Part shown: piece after piece, positions 63,353 through 64,000 of the stretch
Layout: every line of letters starts with the position of its first letter
Position numbering within the stretch: position 1 is the first letter of the stretch
Origin: a virus
Length of the DNA: 64,000 nt
Virus record (IMG/VR): IMGVR_UViG_3300026549_002454
Direction: 5' to 3' (one strand)
Position numbers and translations under genes: made by a program
The notes under the pieces: generated by a model
What the model was told of the DNA's origin: nothing
The model's input: the letters and a program-made list of their open reading frames with translations, nothing else
Databases searched by the model: none

Positions 63353-63386
63353 AATATTGTGGCGTATAACTTTAACCAATAAAAGT

Positions 63387-63646
63387 ATGAAGGAAATCTG
63401 TCTTTTTATGATGATATGGTCTCCATGACTTTTGTAGCTTGTAGTAGCGATGATGACAATGATTCTTTTTCATTGGCTTATCAAGCACTTTATGTTGGTG
63501 ATTCTATCAGAATTGGTTTTGACGCAACTGTTGCCAACCGTTTTACTGCGTATGTGGCTAAAGATGGTTACTTGCACGGATTCCATGTCGGCGAGACAGT
63601 AACTATTCAGCTGCCATATCGCCCTTTGGCGATAACAAGTTGTTGA
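63387..63646 (+). pseudogene. Frameshifted, truncated lipoprotein
   Basis: The ATG at 63387 runs into an early stop; the lipobox FVAC-SSDDD is in another frame; the ORF ends after one short Ig-like segment. Confidence 0.5.
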
Positions 63647-63682
63647 TATAACAGGGTTAGTTATACAGAAGCCATTCCCATC

Positions 63683-63708
63683 GTAGGGCGGGGTTTATCC
63701 CCGCCCTA
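63683..63708 (+). repeat. GTAG-type REP-like hairpin
   Basis: GTAGGGCGGGG-TTTAT-CCCCGCCCTA. Confidence 0.45.
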
Positions 63709-64000
63709 TTGTGTATATCCTTGCTTTATTGTTGCAAGCGTTAGTCCCACGATGCTACGACTGACATATTCCATCTTTTTTCAAAAAAAACTATAAAGCC
63801 CTTGGCGCTGACACAAAGAAAAACCTTTAAAACTAGCTAGCGCGGTGAAATGTGAATAGAGATGAGTGAAGAGAGAAAATAACTCATCTCCATTCACTCT
63901 TAATTCCTCACTTTTCTCTTTTTGCGTCAGCCTGTTTTCACGGTTTTTCTTGCTGTGATGCAAGCCTGAGGAACGAAGGTTGTTTCTTCTTCGGCTCCGG

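Noticed and set aside
63781..63963. 60-aa ORF at the right edge
   Set aside because: Spans a low-complexity purine/pyrimidine imperfect hairpin; likely non-coding.

Overview
Bacteroidales (Prevotella-like) accessory DNA. The assignment rests on TAnnTTTG promoters, a T9SS-type C-terminal tail and the lipoprotein families present. The window has four parts. (1) 1-10.7 kb: a GC-rich surface cluster with a giant repeat adhesin (5' end outside the window), OmpA, a collagen-repeat lipoprotein and two fimbrillin-like lipoproteins. (2) 10.9-11.9 kb: a truncated tyrosine integrase and a 13-bp tRNA-Ser-like att remnant, probably the junction of tandem integrated elements. (3) 12-23.4 kb: cargo genes plus a mobilisable backbone (excisionase-like HTH, toprim primase-helicase, a 35-bp palindromic tandem array, candidate oriT, MobC, relaxase). 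(4) 23.6-56 kb: a co-directional minus-strand defence locus reading HD hydrolase, WYL, HTH, brxA, brxB, brxC, pglX(N), Fic, pglX(C), pglZ, zorA, zorB, zorC, zorD, brxL, unknown gene, GHKL/sacsin-like ATPase, SNF2 helicase, AlbA_2. Small outer-membrane/lipoprotein genes, RecD2 and a type ISP RM remnant follow. The most striking observation is a full type I-like Zorya cassette nested inside BREX between pglZ and brxL. Its ZorD appears to lack the nuclease domain, BrxL carries a PLD-like domain instead of the Lon domain, and PglX is cleanly split by a Fic gene. All family calls come from motif recognition by eye; no database search was run.
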